Of a stretch of 64,000 nucleotides of DNA, positions 1 through 15,000 are shown one piece after another; position 1 is the first letter of the stretch; each line of letters begins with the position of its first letter. The DNA lies in the NCBI GenBank assembly GCA_013239625.1, contig MU053606.1:1-64000 (forward strand), written 5' to 3'. Position numbers and translations under genes: made by a program. This DNA comes from Lama guanicoe (Eukaryota). The notes beneath the pieces are model-generated. The model saw only the letters and a list, made by a program, of their open reading frames with translations, did not search any database and was not told the origin of the DNA.

Positions 1-3000
1 ATAAACACTTACTTGGATTTCTCAGTATGTCTCCTAGTGCTGGTTTGAAGTTCATGCAGCTTTCACTGTGAAAACGAGTTGTAGCTAATTACTTTCCATA
101 TATATGTTTGTACAGTAGATTCACGTTCAAAAGTAAGTATTTGTTCCCAACAAGCTAGGAGAATGAAGGCTTTCACATATATTTAACTCTCAGAATTGTG
201 CTTGTGAAGAGACTTTCGTTCCTCAAACATAATGGAATGGGTTGCAGTAGAAAGACTAACTCTAATTTTTCGGTACATTTTCTAGTGACAGTTAGAAGTT
301 CATGCAGTTTTCACTGAAAAATTGATATGGAGATATTGCCTCCCCATATATATTTATGTATGTTAGTTTCACTCACAAAACCAACTGTGTGTTTCCAATA
401 AGCTATGAGATTGATGGCTTTCACACACAATTAATTCTCAGAACTGAGCATGTGGAGATGCGTATGTTCATTTGACAAGAAGGGAAGGGGTTGCTGTAGA
501 AACAATAACTCAGATTTCTCAGTATGTTTCCTAATACCGGTTTGAAGTTCATGCAGTTTTCACTATAAAACTTAGTTCGAGCTAGTGCCACTCTATATAT
601 ATGTATGTAGTGTAGTTTCACTCTGAAAATAAAGGTTTTTTTCCCAACAAGCTTGGAGATTTACGGATTTCATAAACACTTAACACTCACATTTGGGCAT
701 GTGGAGAGAGATTCATACATCTGACATAAAGGGAATGGGTTGCAGTAGTAACACTTACTCTGGTTTCTCAGTATGCTTCCTAGAGCTGCTTTGAATTTCA
801 TGCAGTTTTCAGTGTAAAAAAGTGTTGGAGCTACTAACTCACCATATAAATGTATGTAGTGCACTTTCCAAGTTAAAAGAAACTTTCTGTTCCCAACAAG
901 CTAGGCAAACGACTGCTTTCACACACACTTATTCCTCAGAACTGAGCATGTGGAGAGACGTTCTTTCATTTAGCAAAAAGGGAATGGGTTGCAGTAGAAA
1001 CACTTACTCTGGTTTCTCAGTATGTTTACAAGTGTCAGTTTGAAGTCATGCACTTTTCTATGCAAAACTGAGATGGACCTACTAAATCCCCATATATATG
1101 TATGCAGTGAACTTTCCAACTAAAAAGAAACCTTGTGTTCCCAACAAGCTAGGGGGATGACAGATTTCATACACACTTATCTCTCAGACCTGAGCATGTG
1201 GAGAGAGACGTTCGTTCATCTAGCATAAAGGGAATGCATTGCAGAAGAAATAATTACACTGATTTCTCAGTATATTTCCTAGAGCTGGTTTGAAGTTCAT
1301 GCTGATTTCACTGTAAAACTGAGATGAAGCTACTAAAACCCCATATATATGTACGTAGGGACCTTTCCAACTTATAACAAACTTTGTGTTCCCAACAAGA
1401 TATGTGTAAGAAGACTTTCACCCACACTTATATCTCAGAATTGAGCATTTGGAGAGACGTACACTCATCTAGCATAAAGGGAATGAGTTGAAATAGAAAT
1501 GCTTACTCTGGTTTCTCAGTATGTTTCCTAGTGCAGGTTTGAACTTCATGTACTTTTCACTGTAAAACCGAGAAGGAGCTACTAATTCCCCATATATATG
1601 TATGTAGTGCACATTCCATCTGAAAATAAACTTTGTGTTCCCAACAAACTAGGTGAATGATGGCTTTAACACACACATACCTCTCAGAACTGAGCATGTG
1701 GACAGACGTTCATTCATCTAGCATAAAGGGATCAGGTTGCTGTAGGAACACTTACTCTGGTTTCTCAGTGTGTTTCCTAGTGCCGGTTTCACGTTCATGC
1801 AATTTTCACTGTAAAACCGAGATGGAGCTAATAACATCCCATATATATGTATATAATGCACTTTCCAACTGAAAAGAATCTTTTTGTTCCAAACAAGCAG
1901 GTTGAATGAAGATTTCACACACATTTATCTCTCATAACTGAGCATGTGGAGAGAGGTTCTTTCATCGAGCATAATGTGAATGGGTTGCAGTAAAAACAAT
2001 TACTCTGGTTTCTCAGTATGTTTCCTAATGCTGGTTTCAAGTTCTTGCACTTTTCACTGTAAAACCGTGATGGAGCTACTAACTTCCTATATACATCTAT
2101 GTAGTGCATTTTCCAACTGAAAATAATCCTTGTGTTACCAAGAAGCTATATGAATGACCGCTTTCACACACATTTATCTCTCAGAACTGAGTGTGTGGAG
2201 AAACATTCGTTTATCTAGCATAAGGGAAATTGTTTGCATTTGAAACACTTACTCTGGTTTCACAGTATGTTTCCTATTGCCGGTTTGAAGTTCATAGAGT
2301 TTTCACTGTAAAGCAGAGATTGCGCTACTAACTTCCCATTTATATATATGTAGTGCACTTTACAACTGAAAAGAATCTTTGTGTTCCCAACAAGCTTGGT
2401 GAATGAAGGCTTTCACCTGCATTTATTCCTAAGAAGTGAGTATGTGGAGAGACGTTCATTCATTTAGCTTAAAGGGCATGGGTTGCTGTAGAAACACTTA
2501 CTCTGGTTTCTCAATATGTTTCCTAATGCCGGTTTGAAGTTCATGCATTTATTAGTGTAAAACCGAGATGGAACTACTAATTCCAAATATATATAAAAGT
2601 AGAGAACTTTCCAACAGAAGAGAAAATTTGTGTTCCCAAAAAGCTTGGTGAATGATGGCTTTCACCCACACATAAATCTCGGAACAGAGCATGTGGAGAG
2701 ACGTTTATTCATTTAGCATAATGGGAATGGTATGCAGTAGAAACACTGACTCTGGTTTCTCAGTATGTTTCCAAGTTCCGGTGTGAAGTTCATGAAATTT
2801 TCACTGGAAAACAGAATTAGAGCAAATAACTCCCCATTTATATGTATGTAGTGCACTTTAAAACTGAAAAGAAACTTTGTGCTCCCAACAAGATTGGCAA
2901 GTGATGGATTTCACACACACTTATGTCTCAGAATTTAGCATGTGGAGAGACGTTCTTACATCTAGCATAAAGGGAATGGGTTGCAGTAGAAACACTTACT

Positions 3001-6000
3001 CTGGTTTCTCAGTATGTTTCCTAGTCCTGGTTTGAAGTTCATGCAGTTTTCACTGTAAAATCGAGATGGAGCTAATAACACCACATATATAAGTATGTAG
3101 TGCACCTTCCAAATGAAAAGAAAATTGTGTTCCCAACAATTGAGGTAAATGAAGGCTTTCACACACAGTTATCTCTCAGAACTGAGTTTGTGGAGACACG
3201 TTCATTCATCTAGCATGAAGGACATGGTTTGAGGTAGAAACACTTACTCTGGTTTCTCAAGATGTTTCCTAGTCCCGGTTTGAAGTTCATGCAGTTTTCA
3301 CTGTAAAACTGAGATGGAGCTACTAACTTCCAATATATATATGTATATGGTGTACCTTCCAAATGAAAAGAAACTGTGTGTTCCCAACAATATTCTGTAT
3401 GACGGATTTCACAGACACATCTCTCAGAACTTAGAACATGGAGACATGTTTGTACATCTAGCATTAAGGGATGGGTTGCAGTAGAAACACTTACTCTGGA
3501 TTCTCAGTATGCTTCATAGTGCCGGTTTGAAGTTATGCAGTTTTCACTGTAAATCCGAGATGGAGCTACTAACACCCCATAAATATTTATGTTGTGCACT
3601 TTCCAACTGAAAAGAAAATTGTGTTCCCTAAAAGCTAGGTGAAAGACGGCTTTCACACACACTTATCTCTCAGAACTGAGCATGTGGAGAGACGTTCGTT
3701 CATCTAGCATAAGGGAAATTGTTTGCAGTTGAAACACTTACTCTGGTATCTCAGTATGTTTCCAAATCCCCGACTGAAGTTCATGCAATTTTCACTGTGA
3801 AAATGAGATGGACCTACTAACTCCCCATATTTATGTATTTTGTGCAATTTCTAAGTGAAAAGAATCTTTGTGTTCCCAACAATCTTGGTGAATGACGTAT
3901 TTCACACACACTTATCTCTCAGAACTGAGCACGTGGAGAGAATTTCGTTCATCTCGCATAAGGGAAATTGCTTGCAGTTGAAACAATTGCTCTGGTTTCT
4001 CAGTGTGTTTCCTAGTCCCAGTTTGAAGTTCATGCAATTTGCACTGTAAAACTTAGATGGAGCTACTTACACTCCATTTATATGTATGTAATACACTTCC
4101 CAACTACTTAGAAAAATTGTGTTCCCAACAAGCCATGCGAATGTCGGCTTTCACTCACACATATCTCTCAGAACTGAGCATCGGAGAGACGTTCTTTCAT
4201 CAAGCATAAAGGGAATGGATTGCAGTAGAAGCACCTACTCTCATTTCTCAGTATATTTCCTAGTGCCGAATTGGTGTTCATGCAGTTTTCACTATAAAAC
4301 TGAGATGGAGCTACTAACTCCCCATATATATGTATGTAGTACACTTTCCAACTGAAAAGAATCTTTGTGTTCCCAACAAGCAGGGTGAATGAAGATTTCA
4401 TGCTCATTTATCTCTCAGAAATAAGTATGTGGAGAGAGGTAATTTCATCTAGCGTAAAGGGAATGGCTTGCAGTAGAAATGTTTTCTGTGGTTTCTCAGT
4501 ATGTTTCCTAATGCCAGATTCAAGTTCCTCAGGTTTTCAGTGTAAAACCCAGATGGATCAACTAACTCTCTTTAATATATATGTAGTGCACTTTCCAATT
4601 GAAAAGAAATTTTGTGATCCAAACAAGCTAGGCAAATGACGGATTTCGCACACACTTATCTCTCAGAACTGAGCATGTTGAAGGACGTTCATTCATATAG
4701 CATAAACGGAATGGGTTGCAGAAGAAACACTTACTCTGGTTTCTCAGTATATTTCGTAGTGCCTCTCTGAAATTCATGCAGTTTTCACTCTAAATCAGGG
4801 ATGAATCTCCTAACAACCCATATATATGTATGTAGTGCACTATCCAATTGAAAAAAAAATTTGTTCCCAACAAGATAGGTGAATGACGGCTTTCACCCAC
4901 ACTTATCCCTCAGAACTGAGTAAGTGGAGAGACACTCATTCATCTAGTATAAGGGAAATTGTTTGCAGTTGAAACACTTACTCTAGTTTCTCAGTATGTT
5001 TCCTAATGCTGGTTTGAAGTTCATAGAATTTTCACTGTAAAACAGAGATGGAGATACTAACTCCCCATTGATATGTATTTAGTGCACTTTACAATTGAAA
5101 AGAAACTTTGTGTTCCCAGCAAGCTTGGCTAATGATGGCTTTCACCCGCACTTATCCCTAAGAATTGAGTATGTGGAGATTTTTTCATGCATTTAGCATA
5201 AAAGGAATGGGATGCAGTAGAAACACTTACTCCAGTTTCTCAATATGTTTCCTAGTGGTGGTTTTATTTTCATGTAGTTTTCACTGTAAAACCGAGATGG
5301 ACAAACTAACTCCCCAGATATATGTATTTAGTGCATTGTCCAACTGAAAAGAATCTTTGTGTTCTCAACAAGCTTGGCGAATGATGGATTTCACACACAC
5401 ACATGTTTCAGAACTCAGCATGTGGACAGACTTTCGTACATGTAGCATAAAAGGAATGGGTTGCTGTAGAAACACTTACTCTGGTATCTCAGTATGTTTC
5501 CTAGTCCTGGTTTGAAGTTCATGCAGTTTAGACTGTAAAACTCTCATGGAGCTACTAACACTCCACATGTATAGATGTAATGCACTTCCCAACTTATTAG
5601 AATCTTTGCGTTTCCAACAAGCAAGGTGAATGAACGCTTTCACCCAAAATTATCTCTCAGATATTATTATGTGGAGAGACGTTCATTGATCTAGCATAAA
5701 GGGAATGGGTTGCAGTAGAAACACTTACTCTGGTTTCTTAGTATATTTCCAAGTGCTCTTTTAAAGTTCATGCAGTTTTCACTGTAAATCTGAGTTGGAG
5801 CAACTATCCACCTATGTATATCTATGTAGAGCACTTTCCAAGTGAAGAGAAAATTTGTCTTCCAACAAGCTAGGTGAATGATGGATTTCACACACACTTA
5901 TCTCTCCGAACTGAGCATATGGAGAGACGTTCGTTCATCTAGCATAAAGGGAATGGCTTCAGTAGAAACATTTTCTGTGGTTTCTCAGTATGTTTCCTGG

Positions 6001-9000
6001 TGTCAGTTTGAAGTTCATGCAGTTTTCTCTTTAAAACCGAGACGGAGCTACTAACCCCCTATATGTAAGAATGAGGTGCACTTTCCAACTGAGAATAATC
6101 TTTGTGTTCCCAACAAGCTAGGTCAATGACGGCATTCACACAAACTTATCTCTCAGACCTGAGCATGTGGAGAGACGTATGTTCATCTAGCATAAATGGA
6201 ATGGGTTGCAGAAAAAACACTTTCACTGGTTTCTCAGTATGTTTCCTAATGCCAGTTTCAAGTTCATGCAGTTTTCAGTGTAAAACCGAGATGAACCTAT
6301 GAACTCCCTTTAATATATATGCAGTGTAATTTCCAATTGAAAAGAAATTTTGTGTTACCAACAAGCTAGGCAAATGACGGCTTCCACACACTCTTATCTC
6401 TCAGAACTGAGCACGTGGAGTGACAGTCTTTCACCTAGTATACAGGGCAAAGTTTGCTGTAGAAACAGTTATTCTGGTTTCTCAGTATGTTTCCTAATGC
6501 CCGTTTGAAGTTCATGCATTTTTCACTTTAAAACCGAGATGGAGCTTCTAACTCCCATATATATATATATATGTAGTGCACTTTTCAACTGAAGAGAAAA
6601 TATTTGTTCCCAACAGGCTTGGTTATTCATGCTTTCCCCCACATATATATCTCAGAACTGAGCATTTGGAGAGACGTTCGTCCATTTATCATAAAGGGAA
6701 TCTGTTGCAGTAGAAACAATTACTCTGTTTTCTCAGTATGTTTCCTAGTGCCGGTAGGAATTTCGTGCAATTTTCACTGTAAAACCGAGACGGAGTTACT
6801 ATCTCCCCATATATAATTATGTAGTGCAATTTCCAACTGAAAAGGAACTTTGTGTTCAAACAGTAAAGGTGAATGATGGCTTCCACTCACACTTATCTCT
6901 CAGAACTGAGCATTGGAGAGACGTACGTTCATTTAGCATGAAGGGAATCTGTCGCAGTAGGAACAATTACTCTGATTTCTCAGTATGTTTCGTAGTCCCG
7001 GTTTGAAGTTCACACAATTTACATGGAAAAACCGAGTTGGAGCTACTAACACTCCGTATATATGTATGTAATGCACTTTCAAACTGACTAGAAACTATGT
7101 GTTCCCAACAAGCTAAAAGAATGCGGCTTCCACACACATATATCTCAGATCTGAACATGTGGAGAGACGTTCGTTCATCTAGCATAAGGGGAATATGTGC
7201 ATTAGAAACAATTACTCTGCTTTCTCAGTATGTTTCCAAGTACTGGTTTGAATTTCAGGCAGATTTCACTGTAAAACCGAGATGGAGCTACTACCTTCAT
7301 ATATATATGTATGTAGTACACATTCCAACTGAAAAGAAACGTTGTCTTCCCAAGATGCTAGTTGAATGATGGCTTTCACACACACTTATCTTTCAGACTG
7401 AGCATGTGGAGAGAATTTCGTTTACCCATCATAAATTGTATGTGTTGCAGTAGAAACAATTACTCTGGTTTCTCAGTATATTCCCTAATTCCGTTTCAAA
7501 ATTCATGCAGTTTACACTGTAAAACCAAGATGGAGCTAATCAAACTCCATATATAAGTAAGTAATGCACTTCCCGGCTGATTAGAATCTATGTGTTCCCA
7601 ACAAGCTATGTGAATATTGGCTTTCACCCAAACTTATCTCTCAGTAATGAGGATGTGGAGAGACTTTCGTTCATCTAGCATAAAGGGAATGGGTTGCAGT
7701 AGAAACACTTACTCTGGTTTCTTAGTATATTTCCAAGTGCTCTTTTGAAGTTCATGCAGTTTTCACTGTAAATCTGATTTGGAGCTACTATCCACCTATA
7801 TATATGTATTTTTTTTAGGCTGTGCATTTTTTGCATTCCACAGGTGAAAGAAATTTCTTTCTGTTTCTAACATTTTTTATTGATTTATAAACATTTTACA
7901 AAGTTGTGTGAAATTCCAGTGTTCAGCACAATTTTTCAGTGATTCATGGACATATACACACTCGTCACATTATTTTCTCTGTGATTTATCATAACATTTT
8001 GTGTATATTTCCCTGTGCTCTACAGTGTAATCTTGTTTATCTATTCTACAATTTTTTAATCCCAGTCTATCTCTTCCAATCTCTAACCCCATGGTAACCA
8101 CAAGTTTGTATTCTCTGTCAATGAGTCTATTTCTGTCCTGTATTTATGCTTTGTTTTTGTTTGTTTGTTTGTTTTTGTTTTTGTTTTTTAGATTCCATAT
8201 ATGAGCGCTCTCATATTGTATTTTTCTTTCTCTTTCTGCCTTACTTCACTTAGAATGACATTCTCTAGGAGCATCCATGTTGCTGCAAATGGCCTATATA
8301 TATCTATGTTGAGCACTTTCCAATAAAGAGAAAATTCGTCTTCCCAACAAGCTAGGTGAATGACAGATTTCACACACTCTTATCTCTCCGAACTGAGCAT
8401 GTGGAGAGACGTTCATTCATCTAGCATAAAGTGAATGACTTCAGTAGAAACATTTTCTGTGGTTTCTCAGTATTTTTCCTGGTGTCAGTTTGAAGTTCAT
8501 GCAGCTTTCTCTGTAAAACCAAGACGGAACTACTAACTCCCCATATGTAAGGATGAGGTGCACTTTACAACTGAGAAGAATCTTTGTGTTCACAACAAGC
8601 TAGGACAATTACGGTTTTCACATACACTTATCTCTCAGAACTGAACATGTGGAGAGACGTTCGATCATCTAGCATAAAGGAAATCTGTTGCAGTAGAAAC
8701 ACTTACTCTGATTTCTCAGTCTGTTTCCTAGTACCAGTTTGATGTTCCTGCAGTTTTCAGTGTAAATAGCAGTTGGAGCTTGTACCTCCAATGATATATG
8801 CATGTAGTATAGTTTCAAACTGAAAAAAAATTTGTGTTCCCAACAAGCTTTGTGAAGTTCAGCTTTCACACAAACTTATCTCTCAGAACTGAGCATGTGG
8901 ACAGATGTTCATTTAATTAGCACAAATGTAACGGGTTGCTGGAGAAACAATTCCTCTGGTTTCGCAGTCTGATTCCTAGTGCTGATTTGAAGTTCCAGCT

Positions 9001-12000
9001 GTTTTCACTGTAAAACCGAGTTGGAGATAGAACATCCCCATACATATGTATGGAGTGCACATTCCAACTGAAAAGAAACTTGGGTTCTGTGTAAGCTAGG
9101 TGAAGGACGGCTTTCAGTCACATTTTTGTTCCAGAACTGGGTATGCTGTGAGTTGTTCATTCATCTAACACAAAGGGAATATGTTGCACGGGAAACAATT
9201 ACTGTGTTTTCTCATTTTTTTCCTAGTGCCAGTTTGAAGTTCCAGCAATTTTCACTGTAAAACTGAGGTGGAACTAGTACCTCCACTTATATATTTATGT
9301 AATGTGTTATCAAAATAAAAAAAACTTGGTGTTCTGAACAAGCTAGGGGATGAACAGCTTTCACACACACTTATCACACAGAACTGAGTATGTGGAGATA
9401 CGTTTGTTCACCTAGTACAAAGGGAATTGTTTGCAGAAAAAAATATATACTCCGGTTTCTCATCCACATTCCTTGTGCCTGTTTAGAATTCCTGCTGTTT
9501 TCTCTGTAAAACCTAGTTGGAGGTAGTACCTCCCCATATATATGTATGAATTGCACATTCCAAATAAAAAAATTTGTGTTCCCAACAATCTAACTGAAAG
9601 ATCCATTTCACACACACTTAAATGTCAGAACTAAGCATGTGGGGAGACGTACGACTATCAAGCACAAAGGGAAGTGTTGCAGGAGAAACACTTACTCTGG
9701 TTTCTCAGGCACTTTCCTAAGGCTGGATTGAAGTTCCTGTGGTTTCCACTGTTAAACCGAGTTGGAGCTCAATCCTCCCTATATATATTTATGTAGTGTG
9801 GTTCCCAACTCAAAAGAAAGTGTGTGTTCCCAGCAAGCTAGGTGAAGGACGGCTTTCACAGACATTTATCTACCAGCACTGAGCACGTGGAGAGATGTTC
9901 ATTCATCTAGCATAAAGGGAACGAGTTGCAATGGAAACTCTTACTCTAGTTTCACAGTTTGTTTCCTACTGCCAGTTTGAAGTTCCTGCATTTTTCATTA
10001 TATAACCGATTTGGAGCTAGCACCTTCCCTTATATATGTACATAGTGTGTTTCAAACTAAACAGAAAATTTGTGTTCCCAACAAGCTAGGTGAAGAATGG
10101 CATTCACACACACTTATCTCTCAGAACTGAGCATGTAGTGAGACGTTCATTCACCTAGCACAAAGGGAACGGGTTGCAGGTGAAACTCTTACTCTGGTGT
10201 CTCAGTCTCTTTCCTAGTGCCGCTTTGAAGTTCCTACCGTTTACAGTGCAAAACCCAGTTGGAGCTTGTACTTCCCCTTATATTTGCATGTAGTGTATTA
10301 TCCAAATATAAGTAACTTTGTGTTCCAAACAAGGAAAGTGAAAGAGAGCTTTCACACACTCATATCTCCCAGAACTTAGCATGTGGAGAGACGTTCATTC
10401 ATCTAATACAAAGGGAATGGGTTGCAGGAGAAATACTTTCTCTGTTTTCTCAGTTTGTTTCCTAGTGCCGGTTTGAGTTTCCTGCAATTTTCCGTGTAAA
10501 TCCGAGTTGGAGCTTATACCTCCCATTATATATTTATGAAGTGTAATTCCCAATTGAAAACAAACATTGTGTTCAGGACAAGCAAGTTGAAGCACGGCTT
10601 TCACACACAATTATCCCTCAGGACTGAGCATGTGGAGAGACGTACGTTCATCTAACTCTAAGGAAATGGGTTGCATGGAAACACTAATTCTGGTTTCTCA
10701 GTCTGATTCCTGCTGCCAGTTTGAAGTTTCTGCAGTTTTCACTGTAAAACCGATTAGGACGTAGTACATCCCCATAAATATGTATGTACTTTAGATTCCA
10801 AATATAAGAAATTTTGTGTTCCTAACAATATAAGTGAAGGACCTAATTCACAAATATTTAACTCTCAGAACTGAGCATGTGGGGAGACGTAAGTTCATCA
10901 TTCACAAAGGAAAACTTTTGCAGGAGTCACACTTACTTTGGTCAGTTACAAAATGCCTGTTTGAAATTCCTACAGTAGTCACTGTAAATCCGAGTTGAAG
11001 CTTATACCTCCATGTAGGTATTTATGCAGTGTAGATTACTACTGTATAGAAACTTTGTGTTCCCAACAGGCTAGGTGATGGATGGCTTACACACACACAC
11101 TTATCTCTTTGTACGGTGTGTGTGGAGAGACGTTCATTCATCTAGCACAATGTGAACATGTTGAAGGACAAACACTTTCTCTGATTTCTCAGGCTGTTGC
11201 TTAGTGTCGTTGTGAAGTTCCTGCAATTTTCACTGTACAACCGATTTGGAGTTAGTACAACACCATGTATATGTATGTAGTGTAGGTACCAGCTAAAAAG
11301 AAACATTGTGATCCTAACAAGCTAGGTGAATATTGGCTTTTAGTCACAGTTATCTCTCAGAGCAGAGTATGCTGAGAGATGTTCGTTCATCGTCCAAAAA
11401 TGAATCAGGTAACAGGGGAAACACTTACATTGGTTTCTCAGACATTTTCCTAGTGCCAGTTTGAAGTTCCTGCTGTTTCCACAGCAAAACCAAGTTGGAG
11501 CTAGTACCTCCCTTTATATATATTTATAGTATGGTTTCCAACTGAAAAGAATGTTTGTGTTCCCAACAAGCTAGGTGAAGGACGGCTTTCACACACACTT
11601 ATCTCCCAGAAATGAGCATGTGGACTGACGTTCGTTAATCTAGCACAAAGGGAAAGGGTTACAGGGAAACACTTACTCTGGTTTTTCTGTCTGTTTCCTC
11701 ATGCCTGTTTGACATTCCTGCAGTTACAGTGTAAAACTGAGTTGGTGCTGGTACCACCCTATGTGTATGTATGCAGTGCAGATTGCCACTGTATAGGAGC
11801 TTTGTGTTCCCAACAAGCTAGGTGAAGGAAGGCTTTCACACACACTTATCTTTCAGTGCTGAGCATGTGGAGAGACGTTCGTTCATCTTGCATTAAGGGA
11901 ATGGGTTGCAGGTGAAAGCCATGCTCTACTTTCTCCGTGTGTTTCTTAGTGTCGTTTTAAAATTCTTGCATTTTTCACTGTGAAAACGAGTTGGAGCTAA

Positions 12001-15000
12001 TACCTACCATTACATATGTATATAGTCTAGTTTCCAACTGAAAAGAATCTTTGTGTTCCCAACAAGCTAGGCGAATGACAGCTTTCACACACTATTATCT
12101 CTCAGAACTGAGCATGTGTAGAGACTTTCGTTTTTCTAGCCCAAAGGGAATGGGTTGCAGGGGAAAGAATTATTCTGGTTTCATAGTCTATTTCCTTGTG
12201 CAGGTTTGAAGTTCCTACAGTTTCACTGCAAAACCGAGTTGGAGCTAGATCCTCCCCATATATATATATGTAGTGTAGATTCAAAATGAAAAGAAACTTT
12301 GTGATCCAAACAACACATTTGAAGGACAGCTTTCACCCACATTAATCTTCCAGAACTGAGCATGTTAAGAACCGTTCGTTCATCTAGCACACAGGGAACG
12401 GGTGGGAGGTGAAACTCTAACTCTTGTTTCTCAGTTTGTTTCCTAGTTCCGGTTTTAATTTACTGCAGTTTTCACTGTAAAACCAATTTGGAGCTAGTAC
12501 TTCCCCTTATATATGTATGTAGTGTAGTTTCAAACTCAAAAGAATCTTTGTGTTCCAAACAACGTATGTGAAGCACGGCATTCACACACACTTATCTCTG
12601 AGAACTGAGCATGTGGAGAGATTTTCATTTATCTAGCACAAAGGAAATGGTTTGCAGGAGAAACACTTACTCTGGTTTCTCTGTCTGATTCCCACTGCCG
12701 GTTTGAAGTTCCTGCTGTTTTCACTGTAAAAGAGACTAGGAGGGAGTACCCACCCATATATATCTATGTAGTGCAGTTTTCAACAGAAAAGAATCTTTGT
12801 GTTCCCAACAAGCAAGTTGAAGTATTTTTTTCACTCACATTTATCTCTCTGAACTGAGCATGTGGAGAGACGAAAGTTCATCAAGCACAAAGGGAAAGTG
12901 TTGCAGGAGAAACACTTACTATGGTTTCTCAAATGTTTTCTAGTGCCGGATTGATGTTCCTGCAGTTTTCACTGTAAAACTGAGTTGGAGCTAGTACCTC
13001 CCTATATATATGTATGTAGTGTGGTTTACAACTGAAATGATACTTTGTGTTCCCAACAAGTTAGGTGAAGTATAGTTTTCACACACATATATATTCCAGA
13101 ACTGAGCATGTGGAGAGACATTCGTTTACATAGCACAAAGGGAAAGGGTTGCAGGAGAAACACTTACTCTGGTTTCTCTTTCTTTTTCCTTGTGCTGGTT
13201 TGAAGTTCCAGCAGATTTCACTGAAAATCAGAGTTGGATCTTGTACCTTCCCTTATATATCTATCTAGTGTAGTTAAAAACTGAAAAGAAACTGTGTGTT
13301 CCCAACAAGCTATGTGAAGGACGGGTTTCACACACACTTATCTCTCAGAACTGAGCATGTGGAGTGACGTTTGTTCATCTAACACAAATGGAACGGGCTG
13401 CAGGAGAAACACATACTCTTTTTTCTCAGTCTGTCTCCTAGTGCCGTTTTGAAATTCCTACAGATTTCACTGTACAACTGAATTGGAGATTGTACATTCC
13501 AATATATATGTATGTAGTGTAAAATCCAACTGAAAAGAATGTTTGTGTTCCAAACAAGCCAGGTGAAGTATGGTTTTCACACACATTTATCTCTCAGAAC
13601 TGAGCATGTGCAGAGACGTTCGTTCATCTAGCACAAAGGGAACTGTTTGCAGGAGAAACACTTACTCTGGTTTCTCAGTCTGTTTCCTAGTACTGGTTGA
13701 ATTTCCCGCAGTTTTCAATACAAAATTGAGTTGGAGCTAATACCTTCCCTTATATTCAAATGTATCGAAGTATCCAACTGAAATAAATTTTGTGCTCCGA
13801 ACAAGGTAGGTGAAGGACGACTTTCACATACATTTATCTCCCAGAACTTAGCATGTGGAGAGACGTTCGTTCATCTAGCACAAAGGGATCGAGTTGAAGC
13901 AGAAACACTTACTCTGGTTTCTCAGTCTGATTTCTAGTGCCAGCTTGAATTTTCCAGTTTTTACTGTACAACTGAGTTTGAGGTAGTATCTCCGAATATA
14001 TATGTATGTAGTGTAGTTTCCAAATGAAAAGAAACTTTGTGTTCCCAACAAGAAAGGTGAAGGGAGGCTTTCACTTACACATATTTCTCAGAACTGATCA
14101 TGTGGAGATACGTTCACTCATTTAGCACAAAGGGAACGGGACGCAGGAGAAACACTTACGCTAGTTTCTTTGGCTGTGTCCTCATTTCGGTTTGAATTTC
14201 CTGCAATTTTCACTGTAAATCCGAGTTGGAGTTAGTACCTCACTTTACATATGTATGTAGTGGAGTTTGTAACTGAAAAGAATCTTTGATTTCCCAAGAA
14301 GCAAGGTGAAGGATGGCTTTCACACACACTTAACTCCCAGATCTGAGCATGTGGACAGACATTTGTTCATCTAGCACAAAAGAAATGGGTTGCACGGGAA
14401 AAACTTACTCTGGTTTGTCAAGCTGTTTTCAAGTGCTAGTTTGAAATACCTACAGATTTCACTGTAAAACTGAGTTAGAACTATTACCTCCAAATATTTA
14501 TGTATGTAGTATAATTTAAAATGAATGGAAACTTTGTGTTCTGGACTAGGTAGTTGAAGGACGGCATTCACATGCATTTATCTCCCAGAACTTAGCATGT
14601 GGAGAGACGTTCGTTCATCTAGCACAAATGGAAGGGGTTACAGGACAAACTCTTGCTCTGATTTCTCAGTCTGTTTCTTAGTGCTGGTTTTATGTTGCTA
14701 CATTTTTCAGTGCAAACCCAAGTTGGAGCTAGTACCGCCCATTATATTTGTATGTATTGTAGTAAGCAACTGAAAAGAAACTTTGTTTCACAACAATCTA
14801 GGTGAAGGACGGGTTTCACACACAATCATTTCCCACAACTGAGCATGTGAAGATACATTCGTGTATCTGGCACAAAGGGAACGGGTTGCAGGAGAGTCAC
14901 TTACCCTGTTTCCTCAGTTTGTTTCCAAGTGCTGGTTTGAAGTTCCTGCAGTTTTCACTGTAAATCCGTGTTGGAGCTACTACCTCCCATTAAATATTTA

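Noticed and set aside
3659..3785. Ancient ~81-83 bp sub-repeat in the monomer (tctcag and gttcat recur 81 bp apart)
   Set aside because: Only short words match, intervening sequence does not align, and no third unit is visible; would need a consensus self-alignment test.
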